Shown here: positions 14,576 through 27,800 of the stretch, in pieces
Layout: each line of letters starts with the position of its first letter
How positions within the stretch are numbered: position 1 is the stretch's first letter
Program-made: the position numbers and the translations under genes
From: Styela clava
Lineage: Eukaryota
Assembly: GCF_964204865.1 (NCBI RefSeq)
Contig: NC_135255.1
Span: forward strand, 14,756,001-14,820,000
Length of the DNA: 64,000 nt
Direction: 5' to 3'
Notes under the pieces: model-generated
The model's input: only the letters and a program-made list of their open reading frames with translations
Told to the model about the DNA's origin: nothing
Database searches by the model: none

Positions 14576-14817
14576 GGTACTCCCGTAGTATGTAAACCAA
14601 GATGGAGGACACCTGAACATAGTATGTGTACCAGGTTAGGGTTAGGCCATAATTTTATTCCAATTTTCCCTATTTAAGTACTATTATGAGTTCGGGGATT
14701 GGCCAAATGACTTCCGTAGTATTTGTACCTGAAACTATGGCCTGACCCTAACCTGGTACACATACTATGTCCGGTGTCCGCCGTCTTGGTTCACACTTCA
14801 CATACTACGGGAGTACC
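14576..14817. mobile_element. Palindromic MITE (ggtactcc...ggagtacc)
   Basis: Long TIR arms containing ccaagatgg and ccaggttagggttagg; multicopy in the window. Confidence 0.88.
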
Positions 14818-17031
14818 GTAAACTGTCGCGATCTATACCAAAATAGAACAGTGATATGCACGGCAGGCACAATATTTCCCACGCATAGTCAGCACATGAA
14901 TGATCAGGCAGTTAAGGCCAGCCTATTATAGTGTCAATAACAAGCTTTCAACGAGTGAGAGAATTTTCACCTTGACGATAAAAATAATATAACATAATTA
15001 TCGAATTCTATTTATATAGCGTCGAATATTGATTCAAGTCTATTTGACAACACACCATCGCGATGCAACTGAACAGTAATGTGGACAAAAATTTAAAATA
15101 AACAATCATATCAAAGCACCTTGTGGCTGTTTTGTTCATAGTTTCGGTTTCGATTCGAATAATCACGCGTATTCAGATCGTTTATTGTCACAAGCAAGTA
15201 TGGGACACGTGTGAATCTTGCCATTATTTCCTGGTCCATGTATGCTTATGTATGGAAATATTTAATGAAAGTCACTGACGTACTTCAAAATATCATGTGA
15301 AGTTGAATTCATATGAAGGTATAATAGGATGTGGCTTGTTGCGAATGTCTGTCTTTACTTCTATGCCATGTATTTATCTTGCGTGGCGCAGGCTTCATTA
15401 AAACCTTATCATTATCAAAATGTTTACATATCAGTAGCACGAATTGTGCCGTTACTGTACTTGTTGTCGTGATTGTTGTTATAATTGCCCATTTTCTCCG
15501 CAACAAACGGGCCAATCAATTTTAAATTCTCAGCACTAAATGATGGAAAAAGTGTCTGTAAGGCTATTTATTACTTTTTGTTGTCAAATTGCCTGACACT
15601 TTTAGGTCGTATGAGAACACTTGGTTCCTTCATGTTTTTCTCCATACCTTTTTATCGAGCTTGTGCTCAGCTGAAGCTTTGTGTGCAGATAGTGACGCAC
15701 AACCGTTGTCTTCATTTGTGAGCACTGGTCTCTTGTTTTTGTGACAGTTTTGACAGAAAATGTGGTTACCTGGAAATATTTTTGATGTTTATAACTGAGC
15801 ATTCGTATAAATACTTGAATACTAAGTAATCATTTAAAACCAAGCAACGAAAAGTTGCCGCCATTTGAAAAAACAAGTTAGCGCGTGGGAGTTGATTGAT
15901 AGCAAATTTCGAACCATAGCGGCTGGTCTGGAAAAATAAAAAAGGCTGACCCGAGAATGGGTAAACATAACATAAAGAATCGCAATACAGATTATAGAAT
16001 ACGAATAGATACTGTTGAATGTGGATCAAATTATCTAAATGGATTGTCAACTACGGAAAAAGGTGCGTGCATGCTCATGAAGTTTGACCACGAAAAAACT
16101 GACATTTTAATTAAGCAAGCTCTCGACTCCTAACTCCAGGAAAGTTACAATTTTGATTCCGGTTTCGGGAGCTTGGAAATGTAGTAAGTTGGCTCCACCA
16201 CAGTCCTGCCTTAATGTTCTGAGGTGGGATTTTTATATTTGCGTATACGGTATATATGTGCTTTGGCGGTATAGGTCGGGGGTGGTTCATTCAAACAATA
16301 AATAGTTTCAAGCGCAAGTCATACTCCAAAATTATACAAGAAACAAAGTGCACTCGGGCACGAATGAATTTTAAATGCCCCAGGACTTTCCTTTAATTTA
16401 GTTTTCCGTCTTCTTGTTTGAAACTAAATAAAATCGTATCTGTTATAGGCGTTACAGTACTGTACAGCGTCAAAGTAAGAAAATTATCTAAAAAAATATA
16501 CCATGCAAAATCCCCTCGGAGATATTTATATGTTATTTTTCATAAGCTCGTTTTCGGGAGTTTTTACGACGCAACAATGAAATTCTATTTTGAAATTCTT
16601 ACAATACAACGCAACAAAGAGACACATGAGGCACAATACGTCGCACACCCTGTTCTGATGAAGTAATTCGAATAGTTTATTTCAGTTCATCTATTTGAGA
16701 TAGCTCGCTAAGCTGGGTATCTGATATTGACTAACGTATACTTCAGGAAAAACCTGTAGCTATGAAAAATTGTGAGTTGATAGTAAAACATTTCGTTATG
16801 GATTTTGTGTCCATATATTTGAGCATAGCTCGTTTGTTAGTTATAAAGAGCAAAACATATTCAGCATTAAAAATATACTTCGTGAAGGCGCTGATGGACA
16901 CATGTATAATAGTTATGAATATAAAATTAACAAAGTCCGTAAATTTCGTTGTTTTGCATGTCTCTTCGTACATGTACTCTTATTCAGTAGACTCTAAACC
17001 TAAATTTAACAATCTTTATTGAATTTCATTC

Positions 17032-17119
17032 CAATGGGAATCCATGGGATGGGATGGGACAGGCATATTTTCGATGGGATGGGAATGGGACAGAAAAAAA
17101 TGTCCCATGGACAAGCCTG
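17032..17119. mobile_element. Transposon end fragment with (atggg)n subterminal repeats, hAT-like
   Basis: gggatgggatgggac...tgtcccatggacaagcctg; only one end is recognisable. Confidence 0.45.
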
Positions 17120-17854
17120 CAAAATGGTAATTGATGCATCAGTACACGGGCGGGACTTTGGTACGTCATTTAAATGAAGAAAGTTAAAAGAACAAATGTT
17201 AATGTGAATAAACTAAAAGATATGCAATTATATTCGTCCAGAGAGCGTCTTGAAAGGGTAAAATGCACCGGCGATATAGAGGAAAGAGCGAAGCTATTTA
17301 CATCTCTCATTAATCATTGCTGCAAATTTAGCAAAATTGCATAAAAATGACTGTTCTTTTATCCCACACTAAGCTTGATTATGATAATATTGCAATTTGT
17401 CACCGTATCAGTTTTCTTCATATAATGCAGATTTTTATTCCTGATTAGCTGGACGATTAGTAATATTTTGTTACCCTGTGTGACTGTGTTATGGATACTA
17501 AAAATAAAAACAGAATGTTACCCTCTGTTCGAAGTATTTTTCGTTATTATTAAACCACGATCATTTAAAAAACACAATGGAAAGGAAATGGCAGCTTTAG
17601 ATCCAGTAATTTTCTTATTTGAATCGGACATTCCTGATTAAAACTCACAATGTCATACCGTATTCTATTATACGCATTAACGTAATCTGTTCCAAGTGAA
17701 AATTTTTTAGACTATATTTATCTGTAGCAAAGTACGGCGAAAATCATCCTATAGGGAATCACAAACACCCCCTTTGAAATATCTTTTGTAGCTGAATAGG
17801 CGACTCAAGTTACAGTGTAAACACAGTATATAATATCAATTCATATACAGTTCA

Positions 17855-17878
17855 TATATATATATATAGCGCTATAAT
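17855..17878 (+). promoter_or_regulatory. Possible TATA element for the lectin-like gene
   Basis: (ta)n run followed by tataat, ~55-75 bp upstream of the ATG at 17932. Confidence 0.3.
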
Positions 17879-17931
17879 GAGCGTGCCATTGCTGTACAGT
17901 TGTATCATTTCGTCAACGAACTTCTGATAGA

Positions 17932-20900
17932 ATGATGACTCCGATTGCAATTTTTTACATTTTCGTGATTGCGTGGATTACCAGCGCCAGTACACTTCCA
18001 GTTCAAGGAGGGGACTGCAACGATCAAAGTAATCTTATTTTGCATATAATTTAGAATAGATCAAGCTGAATTAATGATTTTGTGTACTATTATCATTTTC
18101 TTTTGCACGGTGCCGGATAAATCTTTATATAGGAAATGGGAATGTAAAAATTTATTAGTGTTTAGGTTAAATAATTTCAAGTGTCTGAAACCTATTTGGT
18201 CCACGCTAAACCTAGATATTAGAACAACATTTCTTGTCGTAATTTGAAGATATATTCGACAATGGTTCGGTTTTTAATGTTTAAATTTTGATTGAAACAT
18301 TTGTTTTCTTGCAGTAGATTTGGTTCGGTTTTTAATGTTTAAATTTTGATTGAAACATTTGTTTTCTTGCAGTAGGTCTTGCTGTAGATTTGCGAACAAG
18401 TTTCAAAAACTGGTATGATGCAAAAGACGAGTGTGAAAAAAATGGTACAATACTCATGCCGTTTCCATTGAGCAATGCTTGGAATCAAAGTCACCTTAAT
18501 TCGGCGACCATGCAGTGCAAGAACTTTACACTTTTTGTCGGAGAGAGTAAGTAAATGGAATATAAAGCAGAGCGCCTAACTGGATAAAAATAGTTGAAAA
18601 TACACCAACTGCCTTGAAATATTAATCCAAGCATAAATATGATAAATAGAATTAAAAAAAAATTAAAGAAATTATACCACCCCTACCTAGTCTTTCTTTT
18701 CGGGATCATCGTGGTGTTTTATTTATTACAAAAAAAACATAAGAGAGAAACAATATTTGGATTCAAATAGGGTTTAAATCAGATCATTATATCCACGTCT
18801 GTACGGCTTGCAATAAACTGGACACAAAATGTCTCACTTATCTCGTGAAATCGGCTCTTTCGCACCTCAGCAGTCACCATTTACATATCGTCACGCTAAT
18901 AACCGAATTGCGTAAGTCATTTTTGGCGATTTTGAGTTTTTATTAAAATAAGTATTTATGTAAGGCTGCGCACCTGTCTGTTAACTCAGATTTTATTTTA
19001 GGAATTCCGAAACCTATAAAAATGGCGATTTAGTATGACATGCACATTTGTGCAATTGTTTCGTCATAATGATTTATCATGGTTACCGCAGGACTATTGT
19101 GACGTCACAAAGGCAAAATAATCTCGGTTAAGTATTTTCCAGTTTTTGCATCTCGGATTCTAGCTTAGCGCGTATTAATTTGAATTTATACTACAGTATA
19201 GGAAGACGTGCACTTGTGATATTCACTGTCCGAGTCCAATTCACCTTGGTTGGCTTTTATATTGGGTGCATTGCTGTTATATTCTTTATATTTATTCTCA
19301 TTCTCATTTCGGTGGGTGTGCAGAACATGTTATATTGATGAAACATATATTTTTAAACATAAAAAATAATGCAATTGAAACTGATTAGCTATTTTGGGGA
19401 TTAGACATTGTAGATACTGAGAATTACATTCGTTTTTGGAATGTTTAGTTTTCAGGACTGGTGCATATAGTAAAGTTGCAAAATTGCGTATGTCCCCAAG
19501 TCATAGACACATTTCTGCCTAAGTCACAGTGCGCCATTATGACGTCACTTAACTGCGTCATACAAATTAACTTAAATCCGGCTACGATCAAAAAATTGAA
19601 CCATGGCAAATTATTGACTCTCAATTGCATAACAATATCATTAGGAAGTTTTTTACGTTTTTCTCAAAACTGCTAAAAATGACTTACGCAATTCGGTTAT
19701 TAGCGTGACGATATGTGGTGTTGTCTAGTTTCCTTATTTGCTAGTTGTTTTGTGGACTTGATCTTATACTTATCATCTACACACGTATATATTTCACTGT
19801 AATGGCATTACCTATTCTCGACATCCTATTCTCATTCATATGTTATGCTTTAAGGAAACGGGTCGGAGTGCCTGACAATACGGAGAGATACAAGTGATAA
19901 ATACATTAAAGAATGGGTCAGCTGTTACAATGAAGAATACTTTCTTTGCATTGTGAACGGTGAGTTTTAGAATTAATTTATATATATATATATATCTATA
20001 ACTATTGTGTCAGGTGTTACGGTGAAACATACTTTCTCTACATTGCGAGCGGTGATTTTACAGGTAATTTTCAGTATATAACAGGCAATATTCTTTTAGT
20101 CTATAACCGCACAATGACTGCTCGATTAAAAAAATAGGTTTACCCTTAAATAGATTTACTAGAATGCATTTACTAGAATTTAAATTTAATCTTGGATACT
20201 TTGCGCAAGTAATAAAGACGACGTAACGTTTTAAATTTGTATAATGACTCATCTGGGACTAATGTTTATTCACTTGATTGGTTTATTATCATACAAAAAT
20301 GAGGTGGGGTTTCATTATTGAAATTTGCTTGCAGAAGCATCACCCAATATCACAGATACAACAACTGATTCAGCAGTTACGTCTACCACTACTGAATCGA
20401 CTACATCGGCGACAAAGGGTAAAAACTTTTATCGACAAAATTAGAAATTTCTCTTTTCTGAATTTGTTTGGTAACAATACAATCGCAGATAATACGATTA
20501 TGAATGCTATTTATCCTGAACTGAATTTGAACACTTCTGGATTCATAGTGACCACGCTCTCAAAATATCAAAAAAGTACGTTTGTTACTGGAGAGAATGT
20601 TTCCGGATATTTTTAGGTACTCCCGAAGTATGTGAACCAAGATGGCGGACACCGGAACGTAGTATGTGTATACCAGGTTAGGGTTAGGCCATAATTTCAG
20701 GTACAAATACTACGGGAGTCACTTAGCTAGTCCACGAAATCCTAATAGAACTAAAATAAGAAGAATTGGAATAAAAGTATGGCCAAATCTAACCTGGTAC
20801 ACATACTATGTTCCGGTGTCCGCCATCTTGGTTCACATACTTCGGGATCAGCTTTTTTTACATCATTCCAAACATATAGATAGAACACCACGACAATCGT

Positions 20901-21015
20901 AATAAAATAATTTAAAGGAAGACTACTTACGTTACAACTTTGTTTTAAAGGATCTCAGTCGGGACTAGGGTTGTTAATCCAACCAGCCTTACTTTACCTA
21001 TTGCTGAAATGGTGA
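17932..21015 (+). CDS. Secreted, probably GPI-anchored protein: compact C-type lectin-like domain plus mucin-like stalk (174 aa, 5 exons)
   Basis: Exons 17932-18028, 18373-18546, 19855-19959, 20335-20418 and 20951-21015; all introns phase 1 and GT-AG; 525 nt in total. Signal peptide MMTPIAIFYIFVIAWITSA; CTLD motifs NWYDAKDECEKNG and ECLTI...EWVSCYNEEYFLC; stalk TDTTTDSAVTSTTTESTTSAT; C-terminus GSQSGLGLLIQPALLYLLLKW*. Confidence 0.8.
18263..18375 (+). repeat. Tandem duplication (58-bp period) of an intron 3' end including the splice acceptor
   Basis: tggttcggtttttaatg...ttttcttgcagtag occurs at 18263-18317 and again at 18321-18375. Confidence 0.95.
18883..19716. mobile_element. MITE with ~50-bp TIRs in intron 2 of the lectin-like gene
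   Basis: acatatcgtcacgctaataaccgaattgcgtaagtcattttt at the left end and its reverse complement ending at 19716. Confidence 0.85.
20616..20847. mobile_element. Palindromic MITE copy in intron 4 of the lectin-like gene
   Basis: ggtactcccgaagtatgtgaaccaagatggcggacaccggaac ... gtgtccgccatcttggttcacatacttcggga. Confidence 0.9.
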
Positions 21016-22186
21016 AGACGCGACTGATGTAAATGACAGTAAGGAGAAAATCAAGCTGCTCACAAGCTCACAGAAGAACAAAGCGTGCAACCTCTTTTTG
21101 AATTGCTAGTTTCAGAAGACGATCACGTTCTATTTCCCCAGTTATCACATAAGCGTTTTGGGATCGGTTAGGGCAGCGACAACTAATTCTAATAATAAAG
21201 AAAACCTGTCAGATGAAGCCGGGATCACAATTTTGGAAACATATACATCCCATTCGGATTAATAGAAATATTTGATGATGATACTTCGAATGGCAGATGG
21301 AATTCAAAGTTGGAAAAGTTCGTGAAGTGGCGCAGACGAAATATGTCGTTTTCACTGAAAAATACCAAGTGGGAGAAACTAAAAATAATAAAATAACCAG
21401 GATTATATCAGCACCTTATTTCTTCTGAACTTTCTTGCCCTCGATGTGACATGAAATTGAAATATTATATTCAACAAAATATGATCATCGAATAACAGCT
21501 AGTGATTGCCTATATATATTAAAATGTAATGCTAAAATGCCAAGTATTTATTTCAGTGCTATTTTGTATTTTCACATATTGAGGGCGCAATGACCTAGAT
21601 CTTCCAACATTGTCGTATATTTTGTTACCGAAAGTGTTAAAACTCCAGGATTGGGAACCTGGCAGGATAGACCATTATTGACACATGCCAGGACAGGCTA
21701 TGACGCACCATACCGATCCACGTTTTTCTTCCCTGTCTTGAGCATGAATCTTTATGAGATGTATGATTGTAATCATTTTTTAGATATTTACTGAATATCG
21801 ATTTCGAAGCCGAAGTTGTATTTTAGCTTCGTGTAAATCGTGCAATATTTCCGTGTTTCCCGTCATTGCTACATTTTAGCAAACGTTCTTATGATAAAAG
21901 TGAGTCAGCCAGGCTTTGCTCTTGAGGAAAGTAGACATTTCTTCCATGTTTATAATAATGCCTGTGTATGACATACCTGGTACCCATATTCTAACGAATC
22001 AAAATTTTATATATTATTATTTTTTAAGATATTGCACTTTTATTTGCCTTTTTTTACAATAAACGCTCACCGTCTGTAGAACTACGATTTATATTGTGTT
22101 TATGATTTGTAAAGTCCAAGATGATATTTTCGGTTATGCGGATGATTTTTAATAACCGTACCAGGAACATTATGTATTGAATTTTG

Positions 22187-22384
22187 GGTACTTCCGAAGT
22201 ATGTGAACCAAGATGGCGGACACCGGAACGTAGTATGTGTACCAGGTTAGGCCATAATTCCAGGTACAAATACTACGGAAGTCACTTGGAACTCGTAATA
22301 AAACTAAAATAAGGAAAATTGTAATAAAATTATGGCCTAACCTTAACTTGGTACACATAATACGTTCCGGTGTCAGCCATCTTG
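22187..22384. mobile_element. Palindromic MITE copy, right end truncated
   Basis: Same arms as the copy at 20616. Confidence 0.85.
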
Positions 22385-22927
22385 ATATTTTGTCTGTTTG
22401 CCATGTACAATTGTCCCTGAATCGATTTAATTTAAATATATATGTATATTAATGGTTAATTTAGACTTGTGGGCTGTGCAAAAGATGTAGCACGTCAGAT
22501 TTGCGCGGATTTCGCTATTTGAGAACATGGATAAATAATACTTTGAGAAAACTAATTAACAGTGACGTAATCTGCTGATAACACAAATAAAACTTTAGGT
22601 CGAGCGAACGCAAACGTTGAACCCCAAGTAAACCAAAATCGAGGGCTATTACTGAGCTATTTTTTCACTGTCTTCATACAACTTTAGATCATTAAAGCTA
22701 CATAAGACAGGACAAGTTTACATTGAAACTATGTAATTCGTACCGTGAAATGGCAAGAGAAATAGATCAAAGTACTGCAAATGCAATATACAAATGGTTA
22801 AGCAATATGAGAATGCATTAAGTATTTCGCATTATTAATATTTAAAAACGAAACTTAGTTTAAATGTACCGCTTAGAGACAACTGATGTAGTGTGATTCA
22901 TAAGTAATTATCCTTTAGTCTAATTCA

Positions 22928-23069
22928 GGATAGGGATAGTATTTGTATTTATATATACCCCGGGGAGAGGAAAGTCGATAAGACGGCCTGTTTATATGGG
23001 GCGCCACGGTCTCTTGTCCGGTTACCAGTCCATGTCGGGTGTGGGGATGGTTAACCAGTTATTTGTTTC
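22928..23069 (-). mobile_element. 5'-truncated copy of the tRNA-derived SINE
   Basis: Reverse complement of the 3' part of 50904-51237 (ccccggggagaggaaag.cgataagacggc...ccggttacca). Confidence 0.8.
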
Positions 23070-24369
23070 AGGTTAAAAATAAGAATTCATATTCAAAATC
23101 AATTCCAAATGCAGCAATTTTTTTTCATAAAAGATAGAATAACAATTATTTGAGGGTAAAATCACCGTCACCATTCTATTTAATTATCATAAAATAAAAA
23201 GCATTAAATATGTTAGAGTGCAATATAAAACATGCGTGAGTATGTAATATTAGTTAAAAGATCTCATTGCCACGCTAATATCCAAAAAAAGTACAATGTA
23301 GCAAGAAACAATACTAAAAAATGGACTACTTGTTAAATTATTTCTTATACTATTCATTTGAAGCTGGTTATTCTGGCAGTGCATGGCATGAACAAATACG
23401 AAATAAAATGAGGTATAATATATACGGACGTTACATTGTTTTACTCCCGCAAGACATGATACTCAACACTGGATTCCCGTTCTCAACATGTCAATTTTTA
23501 CATGCAAATCTCACAAAATTTTTGAGGAGGATATGACTCTGGTGGGCCCGACCCTCTCGTGGATCGCGAAAGAGCAATGGGGTTGCGGTAAAATCCTTTT
23601 CGACGCTAACTTATGTTAAAACAAAATATCAATCGAATTTGAAAGATTTGGAATTCGTCACGAGACTCAGCATTACGAAACAGGGCCAAGATTCGATCTT
23701 TTGTGCGAGAATATGTAAGCACTTCGGTCTTATTAAAGGTATTGTCAATTTTATAATTTTTTTTTTAATATTTTTTGCATTATAAAACTTTAATTTATTT
23801 TTATTTCAGTTTCTAAGGGTTGCGAAAAAATTTGGCCGTGACAAGTTGGTCGTGATGAAAAAAGTTTGAAGAACACGCTAATACATGATTTCAACCTGGG
23901 TAAAACCCATCTGCTTTTTATTAGAATAGCGGATTGACAGAGACGATGGATAAACGCTTACACTCAATTTGAAACAAACGTACATTCAAATTTTCAAGCG
24001 CCTTCGCCATAGGCATACCATCAGATTTCAGATTAAACAATTCAAGTTCCCAATCATGCCTCCAAGGAATAATACCATGTTACGGGAAACAAAATAAATA
24101 AGAAGTGGCAAGTATAAGCAACATAGAATGATGACTAATGATATATAGTTCAAAACACATTTCATTTTATAACATAGCGAATAAAAACCCCGATGTGCAT
24201 ATCAAAAAATAATTGAAAATAAGAGGAAGCAATATCATGTGTGAAATATATTTTAGCATTTACTATTGTGCAATAAGCCTAAGTAGTAATTAATGAGGAG
24301 CAAATCTTTTCAATCCTATCGTAAGGACCACACAACTGGAACGACATAGGAAGAATTTAACTTACATTA

Positions 24370-24770
24370 AACAAGAGAGCGATGCTCAAATATATGGACA
24401 CGAAGGCCAAAACAAATTAGTACAAATATTTTACAGTACCGGTAATCTAGCAACCAGATCACTGAGGTGTGATCACGAAACCACGGCACGTAATTTTTTA
24501 TTATGATGACGTCATCACACAAAACTTCGAAGTAAAAACGAATCCCATAGAACCCACAGATATTTTTGAAATAAATAAAAGTGATGGCCTTCCAGCGACA
24601 GCAACAAGTTTAACCATTGAAAATTTCAAAGCAATTGGTCGAGTAGTTGAAAAAAACAACGATTTGTTTAACAACAACAACATAATAACAAAACGATCCA
24701 CAGGGCCACGAGACATTTTTATATTGGTTTCAAGCATTGTTTGGTGTTTTATAGATATTTACTTATAACA
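24370..24770 (-). mobile_element. HINE-like element just downstream of the ABCC stop codon
   Basis: aacaagagagcgatgctcaaatatatggacacg start; aaaatttcaaagcaattggtc core; (caa)n tract. The right boundary is approximate. Confidence 0.7.
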
Positions 24771-24812
24771 CGAAAATAAAAATTCCATTGGTTTCATTTT
24801 CTGCAAACGTTT

Positions 24813-27800
24813 TTATCCCATAGTTGAAGAAAGTAATTTCGACAGGGCGGAATCTGGATTTTTTGACAAGACATCAGGAGTATCGAACTCTTCGACCGTG
24901 CCTTGGTCCAACACCATAATACGATCGCAAGTCATTACTGTATGCAGTCTATGTGCAATAGTAATTAACGTACAATCTGAAAAATATTCGTTTACAGTAT
25001 CCTGCACAAGTCTATCTGTTCTTGCGTCGATTGACGCGGTGGCTTCATCTAAAATAAGCACCTTATTGCGCCTTAATAATGCTCTCGTAAGGCACATTAA
25101 TTGTCTTTCACCAACGGAAAAATTACCGCCGTTTTCGCTTACTGGGGCTTCTAGTTTCATAGGCAGGGATAATATAGTTTCTTTGAGATGTGTCCGTTCT
25201 AAAGCAAGCCAGATTTCTTCTTCCGAATATTGATCAAACGGGTCGACATTGTATTTGACTGTACCCGTGAATAAAACTGGTTCTTGTGGAATGATTGCAA
25301 TTTTTGATCGCAATTGGGATAATGATAATTCTGCTATATTGACACCATCAATTTCAATGCTGCCTCCACACAGTTCAACAAGTCTAAATAACACAACCCC
25401 CAAAGATGATTTTCCAGATCCCGTGCGTCCAACAACTCCGATTTTTTCGCAAGTATTTATAGTGAATGATATATCCTGTAGAACGAGAGGCAGTCCGTCT
25501 CTGTACCGCATTTTCACGTTGTTGAATCGAACAGAACCAAACTCAGGCCATTTTGGATCTAGATCAGCCTTACCGGCAGATTTTGGCTCCTGTGGAACAG
25601 TGGTTATGTAGTGAACGATTCGTTCAGCGCAAACAAAGTTAGCTTCTGCTTCTACTGACGTTCGTGCCGTGAATTGAAAGATCAGTGACAGCATAAGTGT
25701 CGAAGTAATTGCTAGACCGGCATATGCTGCCTGAATCGCACCATTAGTGAGAACTATAAGCAGAGAACTGAGAACGACTAGTGATATAGCCATAAAATCG
25801 AGTCTGGTGACTAGCCATCGATTAATAGCAACGTAGAGAAAATATGGGATCGAATTTGTGTCCAAAAGTTCTTGAAACCGAACGAGAAAATCTTTTGTTC
25901 GATTGTAAGCTCGAATTGTGTGGATACCAGTAATTGAAGTGGTGATGTGGGATATCCATGGCGAACGTGTTATATTATCCTGACGTTTCATCTCTGTAAC
26001 AGCTCTTTTAAAGATGAAAAATGCAGCCAAAAATACGGGGACATAGATCACCATAGAAGCAAGGAAGTACGGAAACACATACGCGATAAAAATAAGACAA
26101 GAAAGAATTAGAACCCAAAATGACAGAACTAAATCCACCAACATCGGAATTATAGTATCCAACATATCTTGATCCTTTTGAAATCGATTCAGTATTCGTC
26201 CAGTCGGTGTTGTATCAAAAAATTCCATGGTACTGTGCATTATTTTGTCAAATAACATATTATGTAGTCCATGAGATGCACGTAAACTCAATGTGGCGAA
26301 GACATAAGCTTTTAACATCATGGAAAATACAGAAGCAGCAATAGTGTATCCAAAAACAGACAGATAAAAGTACAATTTTGGGTTATCAATTACTCTATCT
26401 TCAACAAAGGGCAGGGGCGATACCGTAGTTTGACTTGGTGTTAGACTAGTTGAAACAGTAAAATCAAACGTAGAGTTAAAACCCGACGAAAAATTTGCTT
26501 CCCTTGGTAGCCCCGTAAAATTGTTGACAATAACTTCGATTGTTGAAACATTGCGACCAGATCCTTGTTTTAGCCAATATGACATCCACGCCGATGAAAA
26601 TTGCTGACAACCAATGAACAAAATAAAAGTGAAAAAGTTAAAAATAGTTACGAACCAACCTCCAGCGGCTTTAATGTACATTCTATAGGCTTCGGCGCTT
26701 ATAGCTCCCTTCGCTTTTTCCTCTATGGTCATGAGTCGACCACGTTTCATTTTTTCTGCATGGCTGTAAATTTCATCATCAACGGAAGGCAATAGTTTCT
26801 CTTTTATTGTATTTTTCGGTTTCTCTTGCTGATCGCCTTCTTTTTCTTTTGACCACATTTTATAAAGTTGGTAATATTCGTCTCCGTCATTCAAAAGTTC
26901 GTCGTGAGTTCCTTGTTCCCAAATGCGACCATCTTTCATCAGAACTACTTTATCACAGTATGGTAAATACTCAAGTCGATGTGTCACTAGCACTATTGTT
27001 TTTCCCATATTTTTCAAAAGTTTCACAATTGCATTTTCAAATAAAGCTTTCCCGACATGGGCATCAACCGCGCTGAGGGGATCGTCTAAAAGATATATGT
27101 CTTTATCCATATAAATCGCTCTTGCAATATTAATCCTTTGTTTTTGGCCGCCGCTCATATTGACCCCGCGTTCACCGACCTCAGTGAAATCTCCACTTTG
27201 TAATATGTCAAAGTCTGGCAACAAACAACACGCCTTTACTATTCTATCATATTTCTCAGTATCATATTGTAATCCGAAAGTTATGTTATCACGAATCGTA
27301 TCGTTCATTATCCACGCTTGTTGAGCGCAGTAAGCAATCGATCCGCTTACAGCTACGGATCCATCATCTAATTGAAGATAACCGAGCATGCTAGATACAA
27401 GAGAACTTTTTCCACTTCCAACACGGCCACAAACACCGATTAACGACCCTTTGGCTATTTCCATGGTAATGTTGCTGAGGCACGAAGATGACTGTGTCGA
27501 TGTGGACAATCCATTTTTAGTCAATCCACTCTTTTCAACATCAATGCTATTTGAAACGTCGTCAGATTTTTCAACACTATTTCCGCCATCCGCGTTCGAA
27601 CTCTCCGTAGGCCACGATAGAGTTGCTTGATTCAGTACAATAGGAACGTCTGGTGATTTTATTTCTTTCGTCAAATAATCGATGAATTCTCTTCGATTTA
27701 ATACTTTTTGAGCTCTGTCAATCGCCACCCCTGCTTCTGCGACATTCTTCATAGCCACAGGTATGACCTTCAAACTGAACGACATGAGATGAAACATTGA

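Noticed and set aside
20278-20616. 112-aa ORF in the ORF track
   Set aside because: It overlaps exon 4 of the lectin-like gene in a different frame; the Ser/Thr-rich frame fits the splice phases.
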